Shown piece by piece: positions 10,492 through 22,279 of a stretch of DNA of 35,188 bases (positions are counted from its first letter, which is position 1; each line of letters begins with the position of its first letter). This DNA comes from Octopus bimaculoides. Lineage: Eukaryota. Both the position numbers and the translations under genes were made by a program. The stretch is from NCBI RefSeq assembly GCF_001194135.2, contig NC_068982.1, positions 16,049,453 through 16,084,640 on the forward strand, in the 5' to 3' direction. A model generated the notes under the pieces. The model saw nothing but the letters and a program-made list of their open reading frames with translations. It had not been told where the DNA came from and ran no database searches.

Positions 10492-10597
10492 GAACGACTA
10501 TCGTTTCGGCTTACGTCTGCACTGTTCCCTAGTAGGTTGGGAATGATATAATGGAACCGAATGCACTCCACAATGCAGAATAAACCTCATCAGATCC
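10492..10597 (-). ncRNA. Type I hammerhead ribozyme with extended, branched stem II
   Basis: Minus strand reads GGAU-CUGAUGA-GGUUU..UCUGCAUUGU(..)ACAGUGCAGA..AAGCC-GAAAC-GAUA-GUC-GUUC, with AAUAAA just downstream. Confidence 0.75.
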
Positions 10598-10815
10598 ATT
10601 AATAGATTTGTGAATTACTATAAAAAGGTTGTCATCCCTGTCAGTAAATTGAAAATGTGCTTCTGTGACTAAAGAGTTCTTTGACTCTTATTTCTGGCAG
10701 TGGTGGTTCTCCCTGCACCCTTCGTCAGATTTTAGTGAGTGAAGTATTTCTTTTTTGGTATTGAATTGCGTCTAGCCACCTTAATTATTATATGTGTTTG
10801 TGTGCGTGCGTATGT

Positions 10816-11265
10816 GAGCAGGATTCGCTGTGGGACAAGTAGCTTGCTTACCAACCACATGGTCCCGGGTTCAGTCTCACTGCGTAGCACCTTGGGCAAA
10901 TGTCTTCTACTATAGCCTCGGACCAACCAAAGCCTTGTGAGTGGATTTGATAGACGGAAACTGAAAGAAGCCCGTCGTTTACATATATATGTATATATAT
11001 ATATATAACTTACTTGGAAAAGGATGCGTGGCGTTCGATCATATATGTGTGTGTGCGCGCCCGCGCGCGTATATATTTGTGTATCTGCGTTTGTCCCCTC
11101 AACATCGTTTGACCACCGATGCTGGTGTGTTTACGTCCCCCTAACTTAGCGATGGAATAAGTACTAAGGCTTACAAAGAATAAGTCCTTAGGTCAATTTG
11201 CTCGACTAAAGGCGATGCTCCATCATGACCGCAGTCAATCAAGTAACTGAAACAAGTAAAGAGAA
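10816..11265 (+). mobile_element. SINE family A
   Basis: Head, internal TA/TG microsatellite and tail all match the other family A copies. Confidence 0.9.
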
Positions 11266-12045
11266 TATATATATATATATATATATACACGCACACTAAT
11301 CTATGTTTCTAATTATATGTATGTACACGCTCAACAAAAGACAAGACAATATGTCGATCAGTTTGTCGTGTCGTTATTTTAAAACGTGTGAACATCATTA
11401 TTATTATTTTCTTTACGTCTATAAACGTCACAAATGTGTAAATCCCATTCAAACAACAGAAAATATATTATCTTTTTATTTGAAACTTTACTGTTTTAAG
11501 TGTTTCAAAACAAAACAAAACAAAACGGGCTATGAACAACTATTTATAATTACACGTTTGTACTTAAGTTTTACTCTTAATTAAATATTTATAAAACTTA
11601 GTTTGGCTAAAACAGTTAGACACTCTTAAAGAAAATTAAAAGCAGGTATTTCCGTCCATGTACCGAAGTAAAGTGAATTTTCTTTACAATATTTGATTAA
11701 ACACCCAATAATTATTTGTTCTACTTTGGTCTCTAACAATATATACCGGAGTATTACCGCAGGGTAAGTCGAAGAATAAAATTTAGTTCTGTGTAACCTA
11801 ATTCTACAAAGTAGATTTTGTTGCTGTTGTTATTTCCTAACGCTAGGTGAACTCAGATCCACCAGACGTATATTCTTCAGTTTCCCGTTTTGTCTAGGAG
11901 AAATCTGTGTCTACTTTTTCCGATGTCTTACTTTCTTTTAACATTATTGAATGTAATTTGAAGGCGGTTTAGTTGCTATTACTTGCAGACTAAATTCCCA
12001 TGTAGAACGCTCTCCTCTGCACACCCCGAACACAAAAATACACAT

Positions 12046-12089
<44 letters not shown>

Positions 12090-12135
12090 ATGTATATGTA
12101 TACATACTACAGTTGTGATTGTACTTCAGGTAAAG

Positions 12136-13482
12136 CAAAAGTGGGTATAACTATAAAAATAACCATTTTATTAACTAAAATACGTCGTTCAAACCGCAAA
12201 GATTAGTGAAGTTACTCTTTCTCTGTGCAAAGGTACAACTCCTCAACACAGTCTCCATGACAAGACATGCATTTGTGCCATCGTTGAATCCAACTCAAGA
12301 ATTCTCTTTAGAAAAGTTAAATGTGTGCACTGTTGTATCCATTTCTTCCCTGCTCCCTTAAACTCGTCTGTGCCATCAAATCTTCGTCTCAGAAGACTAT
12401 TTGTCATGAACCAAGCAGGTGGAAGCTGGAGAACTCCAGATCTGGGCTATGCAGTGGATAGAAGACCACATGCCAAACTCAGTTATTCGATTGACTGATT
12501 TCTAGCCCAAGATGAGTGTGGTCGAACATTGTTATAATAAAAGAAGATCATTTGCATATCCTTGTTCGGTCTCTTTCTCTTGATGGCTTCATTAAATTTA
12601 TTGAATGTCTCAATGTACCATGCGCTGTTCACTGTACATTGAAGTACCAGAAAAATCAAAGAAAATGACGTCATCCCCATCCAGAAAGATAGCTACCATG
12701 ACTTTCTATGTCGTTCACCTTTCCAGGTGCTGATTCGTTCCTAAAAATCAAAGAGAATGACACCCTCATCACCATAAAATGCACTTAACATAATTTTATG
12801 TGACGATCATTAGCTCTTCAGCAACTTACACCTTGGAGAAGAGATGTTATGTGATTCTATGGACTGAGTTTCGTTTCATCATAAGATTAAGGTCATATTT
12901 CATCTCCTATCATAAGATCGGAAAAAATAACGTGTTTCTGTTGGCTTCAAACACTTCCTGCACAGTAGAGCAGGCTGCCATATTTCTCTCCTTCAAATCG
13001 AAGTTGCTGTGGTAGCCACTTTGTACACAATTTCCAATATCCAGAGTCTTTCGCCATCTTCTGTAATACATTGTGGCCAAATTCTAGTTGTGTAACCAGC
13101 TCGCGGATTGTGACTTAGTCAGTACTAATTAATTCATTCACATGCTGGCAATTCGTGTTAGCGATTGCAGTTGATGGCCTCCAACTGCTTTGTTTAATCT
13201 TCAATATTTCTCCTTCTTTAGACTTCTTCCTTCATCTGTGCATATTGCTTTTGTCAATGGAATCACCTCCATAAATAAACTACAACCTATGGATATCCAA
13301 CGGCTTTTACACCTCTTTGGTTAAGAATCCGATGACGGCACGTTGCTTCTGCTTGGAGCGATTATTTGCCAGCAATGGAAAAAAGAAACAGGTAAAAGAG
13401 TTAATATGAAGGTGGTGTTACTCAACTACATGTGCAATTTGAACGAACTGTGTCAGTTAATAAAAAGGTGATACCCATTTTG
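12136..13482 (-). mobile_element. Decayed near-full-length mariner (Tc1/mariner) transposon, ~1.35 kb
   Basis: Minus-strand fragments YWKLCTKWLPQQL, IGDE, KIMLSAFYGDEGVILFDF, TVNSAWY..AIKRKRP..YYNNVRPHS and FYPLHSPDLEFSSFHL match mariner motifs (WVPxxL, TGDE, HDNARPH, YSPDLAPSDF). Degenerate inverted ends lie at 12136-12198 and 13433-13482. Confidence 0.9.
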
Positions 13483-13584
13483 GTATTTCTTTCAGTACGA
13501 TCTTCTTGTCTGTGTTTTGTGTATGAACTGCATCTTTGAACCTTAGATCTAAAACATCTGTAAGAAATATACTTGTGCGGTAGT

Positions 13585-13803
13585 GATATTGGCTTCAAAT
13601 TTTAACACAAGACCATCTGTTTCAAGGGAGGGTGTAAGTCGATTACATCGACCCAACTGCTCAGCTGGTACTTAATTTATTGATCCCGATAGGATGAACT
13701 GCAAAGTCGACCCTGGTGACATTTGAAATCAGAGCGCAAAGCCTGAAGAAATGCCGCTAAGCATTTTGCCCTTCACGGAACTGTTTTGTCAGCCCGCCGC
13801 CTT
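13585..13803 (-). mobile_element. SINE family B
   Basis: aaattttaacacaag..gtcgattacatcgaccc..aaatgccgctaagcatttt..ccgccgcc. Confidence 0.85.
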
Positions 13804-13834
13804 CCACGACTCTTTAATATTACAGTTTCAGAAA

Positions 13835-13965
13835 CGCGGTGAGCTTGCAGAATGACTTTGCTTTTCATCCTTTCGGAGTTGATAAAACAGGTAGCAACTG
13901 AAAATTGGGGGTCGATTTAATCGTATTATCATCTCCTCCGAAATTGCTGCCAAAATTTGAAACTA
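13835..13965 (+). mobile_element. SINE family B, internally deleted
   Basis: gcggtgagcttgcagaat..tttcatcctttcggagttgataaa..ggggtcgatttaatc. Confidence 0.75.
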
Positions 13966-14414
13966 ATATTAAGGGTCCGTTATTTTCTCGGAACAGTTGC
14001 ACCTCACAAGTGCTTAGGTACTTACAATACATACTTGTGTAAAAAAAAAATTTTTTTTTAAAATTGAGTTGGCTCGATTTTAATTCTCCCTAACCGGTTT
14101 CCTCACAACTTTTAATCGCATTAAAAGAAAACGTCCATGGAAATGTGATTATCCTTAAACGATGAACGTAAATAATGTTTCACTTTATCTTATATGAATC
14201 ACGTCTTTCAAACATCGATATAAATGTATTCATGCTATAAGATTTACTCTAGCGTACTGCGAGAACTATCATAAAAGTAATATCTCTTCACCAAGTACTA
14301 CAGCAAATACATGTCAATCTTTGCTACATATATCAATACCTCTTCTCTTTTTGGGGAAACTTATATTGCTTCAGGTTAGAAATAGAAATTAATAGCTTTA
14401 TGCCTGTATGTATA

Positions 14415-14445
<31 letters not shown>

Positions 14446-14842
14446 ATGTGATATAATATAATATATTATAATACAGTATAACATATATATATATCTTTAT
14501 ATATGTAATGGTATTAACGAAACATATAGCTGAAAAATATTCACATCATGGAATAATGTTCCTTCTACCCTGTCACATCAAAGACCATAATTATTGAAAG
14601 TTTCAAAAAAATATATGAATAAATGAATATATAAACAAATAAATAAATAAATATGAAAGAAAAAGGAGGATGGTTAAAACAAGAAAGAAAAGAGATGCTG
14701 ATATTTAGACCCCATATTTTTTAGTAACTTAAAATAAGAATGTTAGAGTCGTTGACTGTACAGACAATAGATATGAGATTTTGTAATCGTATGAAACACT
14801 CCTTGTATAAGTAACCTAACGTTTCGTTTCTTACATATACAT

Positions 14843-14871
14843 ATGCACACACACACGACTGCATGCGTGTG

Positions 14872-14950
<79 letters not shown>

Positions 14951-15095
14951 AAGCACACACATACATATATATGCATACGTATACACACACACATACATAT
15001 ATGCATACGTACACATACATACATACATATATGCATACGTACACATACATACATACATATATGCATACGTACACATACATACATAGACACACGCA
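14843..15095. repeat. (TG)n microsatellite plus ~30-bp tandem unit (acatacatatatgcatacgtacacatacat) x ~4
   Basis: Read directly from the sequence. Confidence 0.9.
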
Positions 15096-15409
15096 CATAT
15101 CTAATGTGGAATTAAATCTGACAATCTGAGCTTCAATGTTGAAGGAAAAAATGTATAATTTACTAAATACATTAAGGTTTATATATTTTACTTGCTCTGT
15201 ATTTCTTTACCTATCTTTTTCTCCATATTCTTCAGTTTTCATCGTTTAAATTTATGTTCAAGGAATATTATCTTATGCTAGGATTATCTGTAAAATAATC
15301 TCATGCTTATCAGAAGTCATACCTATCTCTAGTCTTTTCTTCCAAAATATGCTAAAAAAATCCTTAATTGTAATATTAATTCATTATTTTATGACGTAGG
15401 AACAAGGAT

Positions 15410-15555
15410 TAAAATTTCGAGGGAAGTGTACAATCGAATGGATCGAATTCAGTACTCTGCTGTTATGCATGATCCTCGACACTGGAGAGTTAAGTGGAGT
15501 CTGCTAGGGTTTGAACTCACTGTCGTAAAGGGATATAACAAAGCATTTTATCTAA
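15410..15555 (-). mobile_element. SINE family B, highly degenerate
   Basis: aaaatttcgaggg..aatcgaatggatcga..gggtttgaactca..aagcatttt. Confidence 0.45.
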
Positions 15556-15891
15556 CACTGTCCGACCGTCTCATCTCTCATCTTCCCTTGCTGCTCGTGT
15601 AACAAGGATCAGAACTGGACCTCAGCATATTCTATCACCACTGTAGTCCTACTTCTGTCCCATCAAGTCGCCTATAAAAGGGGGATAGCATCGGATCTGT
15701 TCATATCCAATATACTTTATCATCACCGCTTGCCGCAGTGCCAGATGTTTCTCCCTTCTCTTAGCTCTTGGTTATTGACATCCAAAGCTCGTTCTTACTG
15801 TCAACAATTCCTTTTCTTTCCCAGATGCAAACATCTAGATGTCTTTACTGTTTCTTTCCATTAATCTGTTTTCGGTATTAATTTTCTACAG

Positions 15892-15973
15892 ACGCAATGA
15901 CTTAATCGATGAAGAGAAATTGCTGGAAATTGTAACATTCAAATCAATTGCATTGAAATTAAAAGGGAATTAA
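15892..15973 (+). CDS. Weak candidate terminal exon (RNDLIDEEKLLEIVTFKSIALKLKGN*)
   Basis: Pyrimidine tract and tttctacag acceptor, stop at 15971-15973 and AATAAA at 16047-16052. No homology recognised. Confidence 0.2.
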
Positions 15974-16254
15974 GTCACACGCGTGAATTGCAACAGATTT
16001 TATAAAGAATCGAAAGCGGCACACAAGACAAGCTTACCAATGGAGTAATAAAAGAGTAGAAGTCGGAATGTGATGTATAACATCGTTTCAGTGTCAAACT
16101 CTGTTTTCCTTTTTATTCCTTTTCTCGTGAATCTCTTTCATTTCGTGTCTCTTCTCTCTGCGTCTCACACTGATTCTATCTATTCCACGCTTTCACACAC
16201 ACGTTTTATCTCTCAGTTTTCTTACATGACACTGTATACACAGTATATCCTGGA

Positions 16255-16470
16255 ATATTGGTTTCAAATTTTGCCACAAAGTTAGCAATTTTGGATAAAG
16301 GCTTAAGTCAATTACATCGCCATATGTGCTCAAATGATATTTATTTTATCGGCATTGAAAGGACGAAAGACAAAGTCGGCCCCAAAGGTATTTAAACACA
16401 GAACGAAAGTCAGAAATACCCGCTAATCATTTTGCCCGGCACGGTAACGATTCTAGCAGCTTGCTACCTT
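16255..16470 (-). mobile_element. SINE family B
   Basis: tcaaattttgccacaaag..aaagtcggcccc..tttgcccggcacggtaacgattctagcagcttgctacc. Confidence 0.8.
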
Positions 16471-16949
16471 GTATATCTTGGAATATTGTTTGGTTTAAAA
16501 TACCTCATTTAAAATTAATGTATGCGAAAAGTTAGTATGCATATTCAAATTTGTTTTGAATTTCGGTTTGTTTATAAATATGAAATATTCAGGTATGATA
16601 CTCTATGAATCAGACTAAATTTTTATAATGATCGAAATAAATAAATAAATATTTTTGGACATTATTGTTCGTCTCTTTGCACTGAAACAACGCCATATAT
16701 ATACGTAAATGTCGAACGATGAAAAGGAGTGCCCAGCCCCGCACTGGTGGATATAATTTCTTTATTTGTGAATTAAGGCTACTATTAGTTTCATGTCCAG
16801 TGTCTTAACAATTTTTCAAATCGATCACATGGAGAAAGGTGTTCACTTCATATACCTACATACATGTGCGTGCGTGCGTGCGCGCGCGCGTGCGTGTGTG
16901 TGTTATATATACGCACACCCAAGAGTTAGGGATGGGGTAGATAAGATCT

Positions 16950-17035
16950 GGGCTACATATGTTTCATAGCGAGCGGAATCTCAGAAGTGGTAAATATCCA
17001 ACCGGGGTGTATATCGAAGGCTGCTCTTCAGGCCA
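16950..17035 (-). ncRNA. Type I hammerhead ribozyme in the inverted pLTR, catalytic core intact
   Basis: Minus strand reads GGC-CUGAAGA-GCAGC..GCUAU-GAAAC-AUAU-GUA-GCC, with a palindromic ACAUAUGU stem III and one mismatch in stem II. Confidence 0.7.
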
Positions 17036-17538
17036 AGGATATCTTGTTTAATGAAAGTTTACATTGTCGCGAGGAGGCACATACCAACGCATGGAAGATT
17101 CAATCAGAATGTCTCGAGGGCTCAGTAGGAGAGGAGAATATAAAGTATAGAGAGAAATTAGGATTAAAAGAAGGAAAAAGAAAAAAATAAGGGAGTGAGA
17201 GGAATGAGGAATTTAAGTAAGGTCATCTGGCCGGTGGCATTCAATGGGGCTGCTTTGGTCAAATCACAGAAGTTAGCGAGGGGAGTGGTATTTGAAAAGA
17301 GATAATGTGGAGGAAAGAGGGTGGGGAAATATTTTTGGTCAAGGGGGAGAAAAAGTGTGCATGAAGAAAGCAAGAGAGAATGAGGAATTTACGTACGGTC
17401 ATTTGACCGGTAGTACTCAATAGGGCTTTTTTGGGTGAATCACAAAAATTAGCAAGGTGAGTGGTATTAGACAAAAATAATGTAGAAGGAAGCGGATGGC
17501 GGTGACAATGTAAACTTTCATTTAATCAAGATATCCTT

Positions 17539-17622
17539 GGCTTGAAGAGTGGCCGGCGGTATACACCTCGCTTGGATATTTACCACTTCTGAGGTTCTGC
17601 TCGCTATGAAACTTATGTGGCC
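17539..17622 (+). ncRNA. Hammerhead motif, core mutated (C3U; triplet GUG)
   Basis: ggc-TTGAAGA-gtggc..gctat-GAAAC-ttat-GTG-gcc. Confidence 0.6.
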
Positions 17623-18503
17623 CGGATCTTATGTACTCCAGCCCTTAATTCTCGTATTCTTATTCGCACACCAGGCAACCCTAGTCGCCTACCGTGAAAT
17701 ATAAAAAGAGCTTTTTTCAGTTTATCGAACTTCGATACGAAAATAATCCACAGCCCTCCGTCTCAGTAAACCACTATTGTTCCTGAAAGTTATTTTTTTA
17801 AATAGTTACTACGGGTTGCTTGAAGCTAACTTTCTTCCTACACCTCGATCTCTGGATCACTTGTTCCTAATCTAGTGAAAGCTGTATGAAAGTCACGGAA
17901 ATGGAGAAAATGTAATTAAACTTGTCGCTTTAGGGTATCCCACTTACCAACAAAACCGAGTGCATGAAACTCGTTATTCACGCTACAAACGAAGTAATTC
18001 GACAGATGCGATTGAAAGCTTTCTTCACCCTCTGCATCTCTACTGCCAACTCTGATACCATAAGCTAACAAGCCCTACCCTGCGAATTTAGATCCCGCAA
18101 AAACCCTCCTCCTTACCGATACCTCCACAATTTCAAACAGAACATCATCAATATGGTCAAAAATTAAAATTCCTCATTCTATCTTGCTTTCTTCATGCAC
18201 ACTTTTTTCTCCCTTTTGACCAAAAATATTTCCCCACCCTCTTCTCCCCACATTATCTCTTTTTCAAATACCACTCTCCTCGCTAACTTCTGTGATTCGG
18301 CCAAAACAGCTCCATTGACTATTACCAGTCAAATGACCTTGCTTAAATTCCCCATTCCTTTCACACCCTTATATCTTTTTTTCCCTTCTTTTAATCCTCA
18401 TTTCTCCCTACATTCATATACTCCTCTCATACTGTGCTCTCTACACATTCTGATTGAATCTTCCTTGCGTCAACGTAATCTTTCATTTAATCAAAATATC
18501 CTC

Positions 18504-18586
18504 GGCCCGAAGAGTAGCCAGCGTATACACCTCACCTGGACATTTACCACTTCTGAGGCTCCGCTCGTGATTAAACATATGTAGCC
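18504..18586 (+). ncRNA. Hammerhead motif, core mutated (U4C; G12 lost)
   Basis: ggc-CCGAAGA-gtagc..TAAAC-atat-GTA-gcc. Confidence 0.6.
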
Positions 18587-18717
18587 CGGATCTTATCTAT
18601 TCCATTCCGTAATTCTTGTATTCTTATTCGCACACCCGGCAAACCTGGTTACCTACCGTGAAATATGAAAAGAACTTTTTTCAGTTTATCGTACTTCGAT
18701 ACGAAAAGAATCTACAT

Positions 18718-18883
18718 AGGCGCAGGAGTTGCTGTGTGGTAAGTAACTTGCTTACGAACCACATGGTTCCGGGTTCAGTCCTACTGCGTGGTACCTTGGG
18801 CAAGTGTCTTCTACTATAGCCTCGGGCCAACCAAAGCCTTGTGAGTGAATTTGGTACACGGAAACTGAAAGAAGCCCGTCGTA

Positions 18884-18922
<39 letters not shown>

Positions 18923-18932
18923 TTGTGTGTGT
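18718..18932 (+). mobile_element. SINE family A, 5' half (runs into gap)
   Basis: aggcgcaggagttgctgtgtgg...gaaagaagcccgtcg. Confidence 0.9.
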
Positions 18933-19451
18933 ANNNNNNNNNNNNNNNNNNNNNNNNNNNNNNNNNNNNNNNNNNNNNNNNNNNNNNNNNNNNNNNNNNN
19001 NNNNNNNNNNNNNNNNNNNNNNNNNNNNNNNNNNNNNNNNNNNNNNNNNNNNNNNNNNNNNNNNNNNNNNNNNNNNNNNNNNNNNNNNNNNNNNNNNNNN
19101 NNNNNNNNNNNNNNNNNNNNNNNNNNNNNNNNNNNNNNNNNNNNNNNNNNNNNNNNNNNNNNNNNNNNNNNNNNNNNNNNNNNNNNNNNNNNNNNNNNNN
19201 NNNNNNNNNNNNNNNNNNNNNNNNNNNNNNNNNNNNNNNNNNNNNNNNNNNNNNNNNNNNNNNNNNNNNNNNNNNNNNNNNNNNNNNNNNNNNNNNNNNN
19301 NNNNNNNNNNNNNNNNNNNNNNNNNNNNNNNNNNNNNNNNNNNNNNNNNNNNNNNNNNNNNNNNNNNNNNNNNNNNNNNNNNNNNNNNNNNNNNNNNNNN
19401 NNNNNNNNNNNNNNNNNNNNNNNNNNNNNNNNNNNNNNNNNNNNNNNNNNN
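18933..19451. other. Assembly gap (N run)
   Basis: Run of Ns. Confidence 0.99.
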
Positions 19452-19611
19452 CTTTCACTGGTTTTGAATATATAGTTGAGGTGTATTCCATTAGTAACGA
19501 ATTAGAGTACTAAATAGAGCTCGTTCATTCTTAGAATTACCAAATATCCGACAGTATTATGGTATACTACCAATTCTAAGCTTAGGCATGCCTCATGTGT
19601 GAAAATAAAAA

Positions 19612-19774
19612 GGAAAGAAGAAATAGAGTCAAAAAGAAGAGGGATTACGATTCGACAGCTGTTTAATGGTCACTACACATGTTTCGATACAACATAGATC
19701 CACATACATACAGGATTTGAATTTAAATTGCTGTCGGATCGTACTCCCTCTTCTTTTTGACTATTTATTCTTTT
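19612..19774. repeat. Inverted repeat with ~45-bp arms and ~70-bp spacer
   Basis: aaatagagtcaaaaagaagagggattacgattcgacagc pairs with gctgtcggatcgtactccctcttctttttgactattt. Confidence 0.85.
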
Positions 19775-19929
19775 ATATATATATATATATACATGCGCGC
19801 GCGCGCGACGTGCGTGCGTGCGTGCGTGTGTAATTTAGGATGTTAAGTATTATGGTCTGTCATTGAGTGACCATTGGTTTCGCATCTATAAAGCCCTTAG
19901 CTGTACAGACGACTAGCGAGACTCAAATG

Positions 19930-20100
19930 GCCGAAGGTGCATCTGGAAAAGATGCTTTCCATCTCATCCGTCTTATGAGGTCGATAATCTTTTCGAGCGG
20001 TATTTTTTATGTAAAACTCGTTTGATGTCGCTGGTATATTTTTTTGTAGAATAACCGAGATCGTATAACTCCATAGTATCCGAGAAACAGTAGCTTTTGC
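19930..20100 (-). mobile_element. Penelope-like element, ORF N-terminal remnant
   Basis: Minus strand, frameshifted: DLGYSTKK.. / ..LEKIIDLIRRMRWKASF, matching the PLE motif GYSxKNIP..IEKxExFIxRMRWKAxF. Confidence 0.7.
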
Positions 20101-20249
20101 GATTATATAAAAGGCACACAACCAACTGTAAAGCCATAGAACACAAACCACGTGGCAGCCATTCGTAAAATACTCTACGACCGGGGTGTGTAATGAATCG
20201 TCTGTAGTTTATATATCCGAAAAAGAAATAGACTCTAAAACATATATAC

Positions 20250-20288
<39 letters not shown>

Positions 20289-22184
20289 AAAAGAGGTGGG
20301 AGAAGAGTAACAAAACAGCATAAAAGTGTAAATCTCACAGATGATTAATAATTTAATTGATTTCTACATCTGTTTCAGTAGTTAGTGTAAAAACATGATC
20401 ATTTACATAATTAATATAATTAATAAATTAATTTAGATATGATGGGTTATCAATTTCATCAAGAAGAAAACTTAAAAGATGGAAACTGAAATAGCGTTAC
20501 TGTTTTAAATATGTCAACTACATTTGGAAAAGAGAAAAATATAACAGAGTGGAAAAAAGCTAATAAGTTATATAAGGAATTTTGAAGAGATGTCTTTTCG
20601 AATTATAACTACAATTTAGTGTTCTCCTACCACGGTTTCCTTTCCTTGTAACTTACTAAATGATGCATATTTTTTTAAGTAATAGTTTTTCGGGGACACA
20701 GTTCTGAAGATGTAGATCATGATTATGTTAATGAAGTTAAAATTAAACTGTTTGTTTCTTTTATAAATTCAAGAAGAAAAGAATTACTCAGAATTCTTAA
20801 CCATTATCGTTACATTCTTTTATTCACAAAACTTTTCAGATATTACGAACTTTGAGTATGATAATGAAGATATTAACGAACAATAGTGTACAATATTGAA
20901 AGCAATATATTCCCTCCTTCATTTCTAAGTAATTTTCATTCACTAAAAGGAAAAAAATTGATTTCATCAACATAATCAGATTTTTTTTATAGTAACGAAA
21001 TTAAGATTAACAATAAACATAATATCGAAAACTTCACATAACATAAACGATTGGAAGACATTCAAATTTTCTGCATTAAGAATTGCATTATCTACATTAA
21101 AATGAAAAATTTATTCACATATTTTTACATATAAAGTATCTCCATAATAATTTGGTATACTTTAAGTCGTTTAAGTTTAACATAAAAGAATAAGAAAAAA
21201 CGTTTTAGAGTATTTTGACACACTGGCATCACTGAATAACTCAGCTTGTTTATTATAAAACTTCATTGAGGTTGAAGATAACCTATATCTTTCTGGGGAG
21301 AGCCAAAGCGAATGTATTTAATCGTTAAATATTATTTCGATGTATAGGAATGGTAAGATTCCTTAATCGGGTTTCGAGGACCGGTTATTTTTTGTTGCAT
21401 TTTAATTAAATCACTACCAGTTCTTGGAAAGATATGAATGTCCCAGCATTCTATTTCCTTTCCCTCGATAGTAGATGAGAGAAATTATTTGGTTAATATG
21501 TAATATTACTTATTATTAAAAAAATCAAACATTGATTCTGGGGAGAGGCTATATTTCACTTATGAAGCTTATAAAAAAATGTCAGAAATATATCTATAGC
21601 TGTTTCTTTGTACACACCAGAAAAATGAAAAGATAATATTGGTTATCGACCAATATATCTTTTCTCGCTGTTTATTTCTTGTTTAGATTTTTAAAATCTC
21701 TCTCTACATTAAATTTGCCAACACCTAGTTCCTATTATTTTCCATGCAGATGGCGTGTCGACATTATTTGATTTCCGAAGAATTCTATGTTTCCACGCCA
21801 ACTAATGTACGTTTCTGTAGATATATATCGTGATTCGTTCTCTTCTAATTTTGTCTCCTACAGAGAAGCAATACTTTGCTGATGGAAAAAAAAAAAACAA
21901 AGAACAAAACAAAACAAGAAACATGTCAAGGTAATAGCAGTGACTGAGTAAAATGTCAGCTTCCAATTAAGAAATAAACTAAACTTTACATGTTTCAGTA
22001 CTTTTTCTCTCATTTGTATGTCTAAGCGTCTATCTGACTGCCTGTCGTTAGTTTTATTTCTTTCACGTTTGACTATAAACCACATTTAAGTTTTACTTAA
22101 TGGTTGCGCATTTTATGTGAATATTCGTTTGCATGAGTAAAGATGCGCTTTGGGAGTTTCTCTCTCTCCGCACACACACACAAA

Positions 22185-22204
22185 TGTATATATATATATG
22201 TATG

Positions 22205-22277
<73 letters not shown>
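22185..22277. repeat. (TA)n microsatellite
   Basis: Read directly from the sequence. Confidence 0.97.

Positions 22278-22279
<2 letters not shown>

Larger units (their letters stand above)
16920..18715 (+). mobile_element. Internally deleted Penelope-like element with two direct pLTRs and an upstream inverted partial copy
   Basis: 17510-17745 is approximately equal to 18480-18715 (direct). 16925-17385 is approximately the reverse complement of 18165-18600. The plus frame at ~17935-18165 reads ..KLVIHATNEVIRQMRLKAFF..EFRSRKNPP..LHNFKQNIINMVKN, like a PLE ORF N-terminus. Each pLTR carries an HHR motif. Confidence 0.8.

Noticed and set aside
11640-11900. Splice-like sites (CAGG|GTAAGT at ~11763 and acceptors at ~11848 and ~11898)
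   Set aside because: They could not be assembled into a coherent exon with an open frame.
14090-14110. GAAAC-CG-GTT half-hammerhead on the minus strand (similar halves at 14820, 21811 and 30761)
   Set aside because: There is no CUGANGA with a stem II at the proper position.
15559-15806. Possible solo LTR (TG...CA with cctataaaagggg)
   Set aside because: There is no matching TSD, PBS/PPT or second copy.
18814-19513. ORFs of about 200 aa (also 3417-3678)
   Set aside because: They span N gaps.
20560-21620. Faint motif echoes: nAChR-like DVFSNYN, piggyBac-like DSLIGFRG, M13-like YEAYKK and Walker-A-like LSGES
   Set aside because: The hints are short and mutually incompatible, with no supporting neighbouring motifs.
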